NCBI GenBank assembly: GCA_015680685.1
Contig: MNCI01000542.1
Location: forward strand, 623,889-687,888
Source: Gnetum montanum
Taxonomy: Eukaryota > Plantae > Gnetophyta
Direction of reading: 5' to 3'
Length of the DNA stretch: 64,000 nt
Shown: in pieces, positions 14,120 to 28,633 of the stretch
Position numbering within the stretch: the stretch's first letter is position 1
How the letters are laid out: every line of letters begins with the position of its first letter
Program-made: the position numbers and the translations under genes
The notes under the pieces: generated by a model
What the model was told of the DNA's origin: nothing
Databases searched by the model: none
What the model saw: only the letters and a program-made list of their open reading frames with translations

Positions 14120-14680
14120 CTGAGTCAACATCATTTGATCTTATTTGGTATCATTTGATATCATTTTGTAATATCATTTATTGTCATTTGATGACATTTG
14201 ACACCATTTTTGGCACTATTTTACCTTGTGTGACCATCCTTGACACTATTTTGATTCATTTTGACATCATTTGGTATCATTTTTCATAGTTTTGACTTCA
14301 TTTGGCCATGTTAGAAGCCATTCAATATCATTTCACACTGTATCGACATACTTTTTCATTGTTTGACATCATGTCCTCATCGTCACAACTTCATTTGATG
14401 TTATTTGATATCATTTTGTATCATTTTGAACCATTTTGACCCTATTTGGTGTCATTTTTAATTATTTTGATATCATTCAACCTCATTTTGATACACTTTG
14501 ATCACACTGGGTCTCGTTTCACCTTCATTTGGTTTAACTAAATATCAGTTGGTATCATTTGCTATCATTTATGAAATTACTTGGCCTTGTTACACATTGT
14601 CTTACTTTGATTGGACATTATTGTTTTCCATGGTGTTCTATTACTATGTCATTTTGCATCATTTTGACATTGTTTAGCAA
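14120..14680 (+). repeat. Degenerate ~10-11 bp tandem array (ATCATTTTGA-like)
   Basis: Repeated tatcatttga / catcattttg / gacatcattt units just upstream of a candidate splice acceptor (TGTGCAG, 14727). Confidence 0.75.
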
Positions 14681-17600
14681 ATCATATCACATAGATGCCA
14701 CTTAATGTGCTTTTGGCTAATGTGCAGGACTAGAACATGGACACATGGAGACAATTTAGCTTACCTATGAACCTAGGTGGATCCTATGGTTATGTGAAGT
14801 GATCCATTGACCTTGATTACCTAGATCTTGAGCATGGGAGCCTATTTGACCATGTAGCCTCGATAGGAAAGTTTCTTGAATGGCTTAAGTACATAGTCAA
14901 AATCCTTGACCTTGAGGTTGGTGACATTACTGAGGATGATCTAGTTGAGGTTCCTATCAGAACACAAAATGGTGAGGAGAAAACGCTTTAAACTAAGTTT
15001 CTCACTCAAACCAAAATAGGCTAAAGAGATCATTGAGGTCCTTCAAAATAACATTAAAGCCTTCACTTGGTCATACAAGGACATGTAAGGACTTAACCCA
15101 CAATTAGTGCAACACAACATCATACTCGATCCTAGTATCAAATGTATTAAGCAAAACGTTCGTAAAGTTAGACTAGATTTGGCCTTGGTAGTTTGTGATG
15201 AGATCAAGAACTTTAGTAAGCTAGTTTCATTTGAATTTTCTATTACACTTATTAGGTGTTCAACATAGCAGTAGTTCCCAAAAAGAATGTGAGCATTTGT
15301 ATATGTATCAATTTTTGAGATCTTAATAAGGAAACCATTAAAGACAATTTTCCATTGCCTAGGATTGAACAACTCATTAATACTATAATTGGCCATCGCT
15401 TACTATCATTCATGGATGGGTTCTCTAGATACAACCAAGTTAGGATCAGCCTAGAGCATTAGCTGTACATGACTATCATGAACCCTTGGGCTACCTTTTA
15501 TTATATCATGATGTCATTTGGTCTAAAGAATGCAAGTGCAATCTATCAATGAGTCATGACCTACATATTTAGTGACTAACTACTAGGATTTCTTAATGAT
15601 TATGTTGATGATATACCAATAAAGTCTAAGGCAGCCAATAACCATGCACATGACCTTGGCTTAGTACTCTAATGATGTTTCAAATATGAGCTTAGACTTA
15701 ATCATAAGAAGTGTGTTGTTAGCGTTAAGACTGGTAAAATGCTTGATTTTGTAGTATTCAAAGTAGGGACATGTCTTAATTCTGATAAGGTTAAGGCCAT
15801 AACAAACTTGAAAACACTAACTAATGTTAAGGAGATATAGGGATTACAAGGTAGATTGCCATTTATTCATATATTTATCTCGAGGCTTACAAATAAGCTA
15901 CAACCCATGCAATGCTTGCTTAAGAAGGGAGTTCACTATGAGTGGATTAACCAATGCTAGGAAGCCTTTGATAACATTGAGTAAGTGTTGGCTCAACTAC
16001 ACACTATGTGTCCACTACAGAAGGATAAACTATTTTACATCTACCTTGTAATCTCTAACATGTCCATAGCCTCTCTACTCTATCAAAAATGGGATGATGG
16101 AGTAGAGCTACCCATGTACTATTTGATCCATGCATTGATAGCTTAAGAGACTTGCTACCTAGAGGTTGAGAAGTATTTCCTATCCCTATTATTCTCCTTA
16201 AATAATTGGAGGTAGTGCCTCTTTAGGTGCCAAGTCAACATCATATGTAAAGATAACATGCTGAGAGCTGTAACAACCAATATATAAGAGAGTAGCCGAA
16301 TAGCTTGGTGGAAGGTTATAACAGCCGAGTTTGACCTGCATTACATCTTTCAAGCCTTAACAAAAGGTCAAGATATAGCCACACAACCTATAACTTCCCC
16401 AATTGGGGATAATGCATCCATCGATCTTGAGTTTCCTGATGAGAATGTAAATATTATTAATGAGGTGCCTGAAGGTTATGAGGTCATCCTGCACTTTGAA
16501 GGATCTTCAACTACCCATGAGGCCAATGTGCCACCATCATGACATCACCCTCTAGTGTCATCCTGTCTTTCACTTATTTTTTTCAATTTTCATGTACTAA
16601 CAGTGAAGTGGAGCATGAAGGTTTAATCAAAGAAATGATGGTAGGTTGTAACTAAGAAATCACATGTTTAATAGTAAAAGGTGATTCATAACTTGTGGTT
16701 AACCAAGTAATTTAGGTTTACCTGTGCAAAGCCAAATATTTACAACCTTAATATGACCTAGCTAAGAAACTCAATATTACAGTTTACAAATGTTGGCACC
16801 CAACACATACCCTGAATTGAGAACATCTTAGTTGATGTCATTGCAACCTTGGTTCTAAGTATGACATTAGACATGGTTAGAAAGTTACCTTCCTTAAGAG
16901 AGAATTGTGCTCTTCCTATCATGTAGAACACTGAAGGCATCTCTATATCCTCTATTGACAATATTTCTCAATAAGAGTGGTATGATGATATCAAGTTTTA
17001 TCTAATGCATAGTGAATCTTCATAGAACCTAACTATCTCTCAAAAAGACGTTGTATGTAATTGATCAAAATAATATGTCATCATAGCCGATAACACATTA
17101 TGCTAAAGGTCCTATGATGGCATATTGTTGGTATGCTTAGATAAAACTAAAGCTTACACAGTCCTTGAGTAGGTTCATGAGGGCATATACAGAGGACATA
17201 TAGGACCTAGAGCCATGGCCACAAAAATTAGATGATTAGGATACTATTGATCCTATATGGATATTTTTTAATGGCACAACAACTTAATACATATGTTATC
17301 CATTGAGTTACATACTACTCAGATCACATGGTCATTTCAATGATGGGGAATTGACATTATTGGACCTATAACACCTAAGTCTTCCATAGGACATAACTTC
17401 ATCATCATCATAACCAAATATTTTACAAAGTGGGTTGAAGCTATTCCTATAAGAAACAAAACATCTCAATAAGTTTGTAAATTCATATTAGACAACATAG
17501 TATCCTATTTTGACATACCCTTAACTATAGTCATAACCAGTGGACCAAAGTTTAGTAGCCAAGATTAAGCATCAAACATTCCTTTTCATCATTATATTAT

Positions 17601-18399
17601 CCACAAGTCAATGGGCAAGCTAAATCTAGAAACAAAGCTATCATAAATCTCCTTATAAAGATGCTAAATAATAGCTAACAAAAGTGCCATGAATGACATA
17701 TACATGCACTTTGGACCTATAGAACAACCTTTAGAGTTGTAACTGGTTCCATTCCACATAGACTTATTTATGGATCTAAAGTTGTTTTGCCTCTTGAGTT
17801 ATAGGAACCACGCTTAAGGGTAGCTCAATTTGATTTCATCAATGATGAGTAGAATAAGGAGCTATGTATCATTAACCTCAATTTGGTGGATGAGTAATGA
17901 ATATAAGTTCTTACCCACATCAAATGATGTTAAGAGAGGCAGAAACAATAGCATCATCATGATCCAAATAGATGAAAATTAAAGGAAGGATACATTGTCC
18001 TTAAGGCCATTTGCGAGAGTGCAGACAAGTTCTTGGTCAATTGGAAAGGACCTTTCTTTATCACCAAAGCTTATGAAAAAGAAGCATTCAAGTTGGTAGA
18101 CATGAATCAGAATGAATTGACCAATTTAGTCAACTATTCCTATCAAATTACAATACTTTGGTGGTCACATGCTGCAATTTTGGTCAGTGGAAAACACCAC
18201 CTACATTGGTATTTTAAGCCCAAAAAGTCAAAAAACTATTGGTGCATCATATGATATAGATTTTGGCCTCCAAAAGCTTATAAAAAGTTACAAAATTTGT
18301 CGAAAATTTGGTAGCAATAAAGGCAGAATCAACTAGTAAGAAATTAGAATATGCACAATTTATTTAAATCAAAGTTTTCATCTTTTGATCGCCTTTTTC

Positions 18400-19474
18400 G
18401 ATCATTTTTCATACCACCAAACTTGATGCTTTTAAAGTAGTGCAAGAATTCAAGAGTCCATAACCATGTTTCCCCAATGTAGACCATCCAAAGTAGAGAG
18501 AACTAGTGTAGATAAAGCTTCAAAAGTAGATTATGTGAGATAGATTGTGGTAGAATGGATTATAGAACACACCTTGCTGTTTGCATCAATTTTCAAGGAT
18601 ATTTTGAATTCTCGAGCTATTAAAGCCCATGATTTGTGCTCTCTCAATCATTATTTTAATCAAATCTTCATAACATTGAATACAAAGTTTGAAGTTTCTT
18701 TATTTTCCATATTGCTTCATTTCTCTTTGTTGTTAGATTTTGGCACTTGGATTATCACTTCGTTTACATTGTTTTTAACACTGGTAACAAATCCTTCAAG
18801 TCCTCAAGTGATCAAGAAGACTATTTGAGGGAATTTGAGATCCTTTTTGAGGCCCATGGTTCTATGAGTCAAACTGTTTTGCATAGGAATCTTCGGTTCT
18901 TCCAACATCAAATTTTTCCATTACTACAAGGAGACCTTAGTGTAAATAAAAAATCAATCTTGTACACTTCAAGTTAGGGAGGTATTTCCTCATAGAGTCA
19001 CTCATTAGCCATACATGACTTGCAAGACTATTGTGTACATTTACTTGTAATCTTCTTTCTTTCACATTTCTAAGTAGGATGTGCATAACCTTTGAAATCT
19101 TGATTTTATCTATAAAAAAAACATAGGTTACTAGACATGTATCATACTCATCTAGATAAAGCCAATCACAATGCAAACATAGTAAAACTAAGTATGAAAA
19201 AAAATCAACATTGTAAAAATTTTCTTTAGGCACCAAGCATATGTGGTAACCCTTAAGCCACTCATTCCTCATCCAAGAATTAGCTTTATCATGGAGAACA
19301 TAAATCAAACTAGCATATTAGAATCTCCAATATCAACAATGTTTTTGGACCTCCTCCACCTCATCTAGGGATTAAGAAAATATAACAAGGTGCCAATTTT
19401 CCTCTAGGGCTATCTCACATAGCATTTGCTCTAAGATCTCTAAGTAGGAATCCTTGTGATCAGGATCCTCAAAC
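18400..19474 (-). pseudogene. Decayed antisense ORF with coiled-coil-like C-terminus (retrotransposon accessory ORF)
   Basis: A 123 aa ORF at 18937-19308 and a K/E/L-rich continuation with stops. Minus-strand acceptor TTACAG at ~19474 and donor CTAG|GTATGT at ~19594 flank a T-rich intron. Confidence 0.45.
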
Positions 19475-20249
19475 CTGTAAGCATAATATGAAAAACAAGC
19501 CACATCAACTAATAATTTAAATTATTTTTAAAAATAAGGATCCTAAGGACTTAGAAAAATTTTAATACATAAACAAGACTATATATTAACATACCTAGAA
19601 AGTGTTATATGAGTGCTAGAAATACTAAATAAACTTTAAATACAAAGGGGATTAAGTAGTAAGATAGAATTAGAGTTGAAATATTTGTAGGAATGATCCA
19701 TCTATAAACGATCTAGTTTCTTGCATTTTGTATCTTGACTCCTACTTGTATCATCCATAATTGTATCAACATGACTTGAGTCCTAGATGATACATTCCAA
19801 CAGCTTTACACTAACACCATGATATATCCTCTTAAGCATGTATGAGACCATAGGAAGAAGCACCAAGGTCCACACAAGCACATGTAAATTATCATTATAG
19901 AATTCTAGGAAGTGTTTAACTCCTAGAAAATTCCAATTCTATGTCAAGTAGAAGAACTAATAATCCATAATAGGGAGAAATTTCACTTATTAAGGCCTCT
20001 CAATAACTGTAGGGGTTTCATCATAATTCCAAAAGAATATTAGGTCAATTACTAGACACATAGGGATGATCTTGCCCTTGCAAAACAACATGGAAATTAA
20101 CGTTAGTCCCATTAGATAAGCATAATATGCATAAAAACTACAAAATCAAACAACATTAAACAAGATCAAACAACATCGATGTCAATGTAACTTAGGTATG
20201 TGAGACTTATCCCTCAATGTTTTCCATTATAATTAATCATCTTAGGTAG

Positions 20250-20790
20250 CACTAATACTTAGATAATTTTTTATTGCCTCATCCATACTTCATGCTTAGT
20301 CATTTTTCCCATTCATTCCTCTTAATACTTGGATATAATTTTAAATGATGTTAGGTACTTATCCATCTCTCTCTCTAGATGTAGACCCTTGTTCTTAATA
20401 CCCTAGATTTATCCAAAATTCCAAGTACCTCATCATCCTAGCCTTAGTTATATTTTCGGGTTTCTTCCCCTACCAAGCTTAGATAAATTTTTGTTTTTCC
20501 TTAACTCTACACTTAGCCAAATTTTGTTTTCTCCTAGCCCTAATACTTAGCAAGATTTCTCATCTTTTTCCATCTATAATACTTAGGCAAATATTGGCTT
20601 TTCTCTTTTTCCATACTTAATGCTTAGTAAAACTTCTAGTCTCTCCTTTACCTTGGTTAGAATGCTTTGAAATATTTTTCTATTTCCACTCTTACCCAAC
20701 ACTCAAAAAAATTTCAACTTTCCTTTTCCACCCTATCCCTTGGATACTTGAAAAATTTTCTCTTCACCTATTTCCAGTACTTAGTCAAAT
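20250..20790 (+). repeat. Degenerate ~35 bp tandem array with a TACTTAG core
   Basis: Recurrent aatacttag...aatttt...ttttcc units. Confidence 0.55.
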
Positions 20791-23700
20791 TTCCACCTTT
20801 CCTTGTACCTTGCCTCTTTTTTGATACATTAAAGAGTTTTGTTATTTTTATAGTTCTAGAACTTAAATCTAGCCCTCACACCTAAGCCTTTTAAGCCTGC
20901 AAAATACTTATGCCACCTACCTTATCAACCCTAAATTCTAGTTAGCCTACTTACTCTAACTTCTCCCTTAAATATTTTCCCTGTTAAAATTTTAATTTTA
21001 AAAAAATGTATTTTTAAGAGGCCACTACCCCATAGTACACTAAATTTTGGAGCTATCGATGCTTGGTGGAATTAGCCAATGCCACCACTCCACTGGTGTT
21101 ACCAATTCCATTGCATGTTGTATTGGTGGCTACCTCATGTGCCATGTGGTAATGTCAATGGTTGCCTCATGCACCACATGGTAGCATTAGCATGCACTCA
21201 AAGCAGCCCAACTAGTCCCCTACTTTTTCCTAAGAAAATGTTTTTTTGGAGCAAGTCTCATGCATGTATCCTACTTCAACACCCCAACACATATTAACAC
21301 ATGCCATGCACCAACACTAGCCTAATGCACATGTACCATTTTTATTTTCATGTCCTCTTCCACCTTTATAATAATTTTTTTCAAAAAACTCCTCCTAACT
21401 ATGCTTTGCATGTTGAAAGCATCATACAAGGGTATTCTAATTATGTTACCTAGTATGACCTACTCTTCATCTCCATAGGCATCTATGTCCCATACTTCTC
21501 TACCTTTTTACTACCCTTCATCATCCATACCAACACGTAAGAAAAACAACCAAACACTCTCACACTTCTTTTCAACAACATCCTGCCATAACACTAACTT
21601 CCATGGCCTCCCTCCTACCCTTGAAGGGGAGGACTACCTTCTTAGGATGCAAATCTACACCTTAAGGGCTTCCATTTGCCTTTCTAATTATCATTTCTTC
21701 TTCTTTCTTTCCTACTCGAAATCCCCATTTTACTTTAAAATTTTTTCCTCTAACTTCTTTACTCTACTCCTATCCCATGTAAGGCATAATGCTAGTGCCT
21801 TGGTACTACCATGTGCACACTACATAGCCACTTATGCACATTGTCATAGGTGCCATCAATGCATAGGCTAGCACATGCATGCACCATTCTCTCTCCTCTT
21901 TCATCTCTCTTCCCCACCCAAGTACAATCACAAACATAGGTAATAAAAAAAGAAAAATAATATGACAAAGATAGTATAACTTACCTAGGCCTTTCAGGTA
22001 ACATGTGTTAGTCTACCCTAACACTCCCTACCTTGTTGATGAATATTTTCTAGTAGGACTTACTATCATGTGTATCCTTCTTACTCTTTCCAAGTGGCAT
22101 CATTTCCATCTTCCGTAGCCTTCAAGCATTTCATCCTCTCAAACTTTAAAAATACATAGTGATAAATAACTTTTCATTTACCCACCTTTTACTTTTTTAT
22201 CTTCTCTTCTTTCTTTCTAGTTCCTCCCTATCATGAATTTTTCTATCTTCTTCACTTATACATGAGGGATTAATCATCCCCATGTAATACATTCAGTAGA
22301 CCTGCATCACTACACCACTTCTCCTTGTGGTCTATAGGCCATAACATTAGTGTTATCCAATGGTACCCTAGGTAGCTTTATCCCTATTCACCTTACCTAT
22401 GTGCGAAAGCTAATTTAACAAGGTAATTTTTTTCTAACTTTTTCTTCCAAAGACTTAGAAAATCTTTCTATCTCATTGACTCTAACTTATGAATATGCTT
22501 GTAAATTTTTCTAACTCTATATTTCTCATGACTACACTTATTTAACTATTCCTTCTCCTTCATGCTTGTAGGTCATGGACCATCACCATCCTACACTGTC
22601 TACACGAACCTCTTTTCCTAGATAGGTCTCAAAACTAAGTTACCAAGCCTCTTAACAAGGATTTGATTAACTTATCTCTCCTAACCCCTCAGATTCTATA
22701 AATTTTATCATCATGACCCTTGACATCATTGAGGAGGATTTAAGTCCTCAAGCTAACCTTATCTTCTTGGACTACAAACCAACCCTTACTAATGATGCCC
22801 TCATTAGGTTGGCCATCATCAATCATCAAAATAAGAAATAGATCCTCCAACTAGGAGTAGGCTTACTGAAAAACATTATGAGATTTATTTTACAAACACT
22901 TACAAAAAATTCTATTACCTCATCTAGGGCTATGATGACATACTCGATTTGGATCCCACTTTAGTGCAATATAACATCATCCTAAAGGAAGGATTCAAGT
23001 CTATTCAATAAAAATATAGAAATATTAAACTTGATTTAGCCTTAGCTATTAAAGAGTAGATCATAAAACTCTTCAATGTAGGTTTCATATGCCTTGTAAA
23101 GTACTTCGATTGGGTACCCAATATGGTTGTAATTCCTAAAAAATGGTGTTATTAGTATATGCATTGACTTCTATGATATCAATAAAGTAATATTAAAAGA
23201 TGACTTTCCATTACCCAACATTGACCAACTCATAGACATAACAGTGGATCACACTTTACCTAGTTTTATGGATGGTTTTTCAAGCTTTAATAAAATTTAG
23301 ATTAAACTCAAATATCAATGTTTTATAACTTTCATGACTCCATGAAGAACCATTTGCTACACAAAGATATCCTTTATACTTAAGAATGTTGAAGCAACAT
23401 ATCAATGAGCCATGACCTTCATCTGTAGTGACATGTTTTTTAAAATTGTCAATAACTATATGGATGATATAATAGTTAAATCCATCATTGTAATAGATCA
23501 TTCCATCATTCTAAATGTATTCCTAATCTGATTTAATGAGTATAATCTTGATTGAATCCCAACAAGTGTATCTTTAGTGTAGAAACAAGTAGAATGCTAG
23601 GATTTCTAGTTTGAGCTAATGGTATGATAGTGAACCTTGACAAGATTAAGACAATCATGAACCTTCTACCACATCAATGTCTAAAAGACATATGCATCTT

Positions 23701-25037
23701 TCAAGATAAGCTCCAATTCAGTTGTCATTTCATATGTAACTTGACTGATCAGTTTGATCCTTTCTATCATCTCCTTAAGAAATCAACTAGTTTTAACTTA
23801 GAGTAAAAGTGTAAAGAGGTCTTTAATGCAAGCAAGCATGCTTTTACCAACTTTCCAATCCTTCATCCTCTTATTTTTCTACCTTTCTCTCTCTAAGTAC
23901 AATCATTCTATTGTAGCCATGCTCTAACAATGACAGAAAGATGGTGTAGATCTTCCTATCTATTGTATCTCTAATCCCTCCACTATTTGTAAGATGTATT
24001 ACATGGACATAGAAAAATCTTTCTTGGGCCTTGTTTTTACCATTAGGAAATGGAAACACTACTTAATGGGGGTAAAAGTTAATGTGATTTTTCATAACAA
24101 TGTCCTATGTTCTATTATTGGTAACTCCTATGGAAATAATTTCATGGCAAAATAGAAAATATTACTCATTGAGTTTGACTTATCCTATCTTGTCTAACAT
24201 TCTATCAATGGCCAAGTCCTAGTGAATATTCTTACATCAACTACATTGTTGGATTCTTCTACAATTATCATTCAACTTCCACCCAAAGAACAAAGTGAAA
24301 AAGAGATCATTTTTTTTCCAACTCAAACATGGGCACATGAGGATTTGAATTCACTTGTATTTTAATGGTGCCCATGCAACTCAAGATACCAACTTTACTT
24401 ATGTTTTTCATCACCAAGGCATGCATCCTATTTATCAAACTTGTAAGTTTAATTTTTCATGTACTAATAATATAGCTGAATATGAGGGTCTTAATCAAGT
24501 TTTATTTTAGCACTCTAATTAGAAATTAGAAGGATTTTCATTCTGTATGATTCTTAACTAGTTATACGTTAAGTAAATAATAAGTATACTTACAATGCTA
24601 AACATGCTTAGCCTTATCTTGACTTAGCCAAAAATTTGATTTCTTAATTTGATGAATATTTGCATATGCATATCCATCATTTGGAAAACATGCTTGTCAC
24701 TACCTTAGCTACTTTTACTTTACTAATTGACCCTATTTTTCTCAAGGATTTTTTAGCTCATTCAACATAATAAATACAAATAACTCTTACAAATATATAA
24801 TGTATAGTCTTAGTTAACTTAGAAGAATACAAAAAATATTAAGACATCATACAATACTTACAAACCAAAGAAACTCTTGAAAAATTGTCAACATCATAAA
24901 AGGATGATCTTTGAAAATGTTATAAGCATTTTTTTATTATTGAATCTAGTATTTTATGTTATATTTTTGTAATAGGTGTTCTTCTATATTATCTAAGTTG
25001 TGAAGAAGCACAAAGCATTTTGAAACAAGTTCATTTA

Positions 25038-28000
25038 TCTAACACACTCTTTCCTAAACCTTAGGTTGAAGAGCACTGCATTAGGTAAAATCCTAATGAA
25101 TAATTGTCATGAAAGAAGGAAGATAACGAAAGAGCTATGTAATGAAAGGAGGTACCAAGGAACTTAGCATGAATCCATGATATATGGAAAGTGATGAAAC
25201 TAACAATAGAAGAAAAGAAATACGTAAATATAATTAAAAATTATGATAAACATATATGCTAGAAGCATAATCAAAATAGATAGAAAAAATAACACAAAAG
25301 ATCCACTAACAATTAAATCAAGAACAAGAGAATTAAATAAACTACAATCTAATTCTCCATAATATATGACCAATATAATATCTAAGGTCTAAATCATACA
25401 TAATCCATAAATCCAGAACTAGAAAAAGGGAGACAATATCTAACACAAAGTTCAAATGTCTAATACATAATAGCTAAATTCAAAACTAAAATCATAACAT
25501 GATAAGCCACACTAGCAAAAACCTAGTGAACCATCCAAGATTTCCAATCATTAGCCAATCCAATCAATCTCTACTAAAAATGGGTTATAAATATAAATCT
25601 AAGTAAGAAATATTAACATTATCTCCATCTAAAGAATGAGCAGATCTCATTAGAGTTAGGTGGAACATGTTTATTCTACAAAACATGTTAGCCAAAAAGC
25701 ATCTAAATAAGTAAACAAACATACAACCAAACATCCAACCACCAAACATTACTAAAACTAAGAATTGTCAAATCCAACCATCACCATAAATAAGGAGGCT
25801 AGCAAAAATGACACTTAGTAACAAATGTATGTTAAGTTGTCATGTGTGTACATTGATAAATTCCAAAACTAAAATATATCCAAACCAAATATTAAACTAT
25901 CACATGCATGAATTTATTAATAGTTCAAACTGAACAAGAAGCTTCTCCATGACTCACTTCATAGGTTCCAAATGTTTTGGAGACATTGAATGAAAAGAAC
26001 CAATGAGCCATGCAATCACCCTATTGCATATGATGGGATCTACAATGAAAGCCATAATGATGCATCCCAGTTGGGGTTAATCACCAAACATCTCCTTGGA
26101 TCCCATTTCCAATTGGCCACATAAACTTGGTGCTAGCTCCAACATACAATCATCCAATAAACATATAAACATGGCAAAGAAAACTAATGGTGGAGGGTAA
26201 TAACATAAACAAAAGAATCCAACTCACCAAGGAAAGATAACAAATCAAGAAATCTTGACAAAAGACATCCATCCAAAGAATGATATATCACCATCAAGAT
26301 TAACAAATCACATGGAACTTTTTGATTGGCAAGGAACCAAACCAAACATCCAAAAAGGTCTCACATATCCAACACAATGTCCCAATGACATCAAATACTT
26401 AAAAGAGGAAAAACCATATGAAAAATTCCAAGCAAACTAATTAAAAAAATACAACAAGAAGACCAAAATCTCCAACAACCATGGATCATGTAAAGGTCAG
26501 TACTCCATCCATGCAATAGTCACTTATCCAAGAAAGGTATTCCAAAACTTAGAAAACCAATGAGAAGATTTATGAATTTATGATGTGAAAGAATGCATAC
26601 AACAAAGACCTAAGAGGATAACAAGACAAGAAAATGATTCCAAAATAATCAATAATGAAAACCACAAATTGAACAATGTTCAATCTAAGAAATACTCACT
26701 CATGCAAAGGAAATTCCCAAACTTTGAGAGCCCATAAGAGAATACAATAAATTCAATAAAAGTGGAAGATTTTATAGGGTTTTACTAAGCTTTAAAGTCA
26801 AGAAAACTACGTCTCAAGCTAAACTGGAGACCAAACTCCATAACAAACAAATTTATTGTAGTTTTGGGCTAGTAGGGGTGATGTCTAGGAAAATAGAATA
26901 CGTTCATGAGGAAACGTCTATGTGTTGGGGAAAGGCATCCATAATAGGTAAAGAAATCTTATCTTAGGAAGAGATGTATTTGAGGAGATGCCTATAGGTA
27001 AAAAGGAGATGTCTAGATTTGGTAAGAGACATCTCTAGGCTAGGGAAGACATCTCCACTAGGCAAGAAACATCTTGCACAAGGACGAGACATCTTCCTAG
27101 ATGGCTTGGCTTGCAAGAGAGACATCTTTTCAAGACCAAAGACATCTAGTATGAGTAGGAAAAGGTCAAAATTTAGTTAAGAAGAACTAAAATGAATGGA
27201 AAATGATAGGGAAACCACATGTAAGAATATAATAACCCAAGAACAAGAATTAGTGGAGAGAAAGAGCAATCCATTAGAAGATTCGATGTGAACAACTTAA
27301 ATTAATAAAAATATAAGTTGGGAATCTCATAATGTAAGGAATCATATCCACATGACTAAGATAATGATATGAATGATAGAACAAGGACTCAATTAAAACC
27401 ATCACAAAATCAAAGGAATCAAAATAATGCATTCACGGGAGCTTAGGATTGATAAATGAAAAAAATAGGTTAAGATAAGACATCAAATATCCCAAGATTC
27501 CAAACTATCTATCAAACAAAACCAAACCACACTCTTTATTTAGATCCAAAATAAAATCGAATAAGAATTACAACAACTCCAATCATTCTATTGCAATTGA
27601 TAAAGATCTATCAAATAGGAAAACTCATTCCCACAAAATGATTTGTGTAATTCTCAAAATATCCATATCCAAAATTGATGGAGATAATAATACTATTAAC
27701 CATAAATTGCATAGACATCAATCATTCAATCCAATATTTCAGGGTAATTAAAGTAATACCCATCAGTCCACAAACAACATAATAATACGAAATTAATTAG
27801 TACTAAAGCCATCTCATGAATGTACACAATCTTGCAAAAGTAAATGGAAATGGAGCTAAGATTACTCACCTCTAATCTATATGAAGCAATCCAAAACAAA
27901 AGAGAGCAACATAGCAAAGATCCAAAGTAAAGCACAACTAATTCAAAATCCACTTGCACCTCTACCAACTTCAATCTTCTACAACACCTCTTCATTGTCA

Positions 28001-28633
28001 TCTCAAATCATCAAGTTGTATAAAATAAAAGAGCCATAGAAGTTTTAATGAAAGATTAACAACAATCATGGAATGAGAGAAAATATTCAATTATCAAAAC
28101 AAGTGTTAAACTAAAAGAATATTTCCATTACTTCTTCTCACCGCATATATAACTTCCTCAACTCTCATGTCATATCTACACATGCTAAAATAATTAATAA
28201 AGCATATGATAACAAAACACTATTCCAAAAACATCTTATTAATCTCATAACAATAAAAATAAAACTAATTAAATAAAATATAACTCAAACAGCTTCCAAC
28301 ACCACATAACAAACAAGATTGTCAAATATACTTTGAGAAATATCAAGCAAACCATAGATTATCAACCATGCCATGCTTACAACCAAACCTCTCATGAAAT
28401 CCTACCACACTCAACAATAGGATTAGTTCACTTCTTATGAATGGTAATAAATATACATATATATAAATATCAATAGATACATGAATATCAAAGCTCATTA
28501 ACATAAAATATTAATGCATAGTCATAAAATATATCCAACTATTAATATGCATGACACACACCTAGGCACAAGCAACACAATCTTGATAAGGATTATACAT
28601 CCTAAGGATACCAAAAAAACAAGGATTGTTACA
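25038..28633 (-). repeat. 3' LTR of the Tekay-type element
   Basis: Colinear with 33140-36743; begins TGTAACAATCC on the minus strand right after the purine tract. Confidence 0.88.

Larger units (their letters stand above)
3485..18150 (+). mobile_element. Decayed Ty3/Gypsy Tat/Ogre-type retrotransposon 1 (gag, PR, ~7 kb spacer, RT, RH, aRH, INT)
   Basis: gag ~5030-5450 (YNDEGDPNSHL, FPISLTKKALDWY); protease ~6920-7300; RT ~14940-15800 (SFMDGFSRYNQ, YVDD at 15601); RNase H ~16030-16400; archaeal-type RNase H ~16480-16860 (CTNSEVEHE, KGDS*LVVNQV); integrase ~16970-18150 (WGIDIIGP, YFTKWVEA, NWKGPF). Many stops; LTRs not recognised. Confidence 0.9.

Noticed and set aside
25033-25037. TSD for the Tekay-type insertion
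   Set aside because: The left flank ATTTA does not match TATAT at the surviving right junction (54180); not recognisable.
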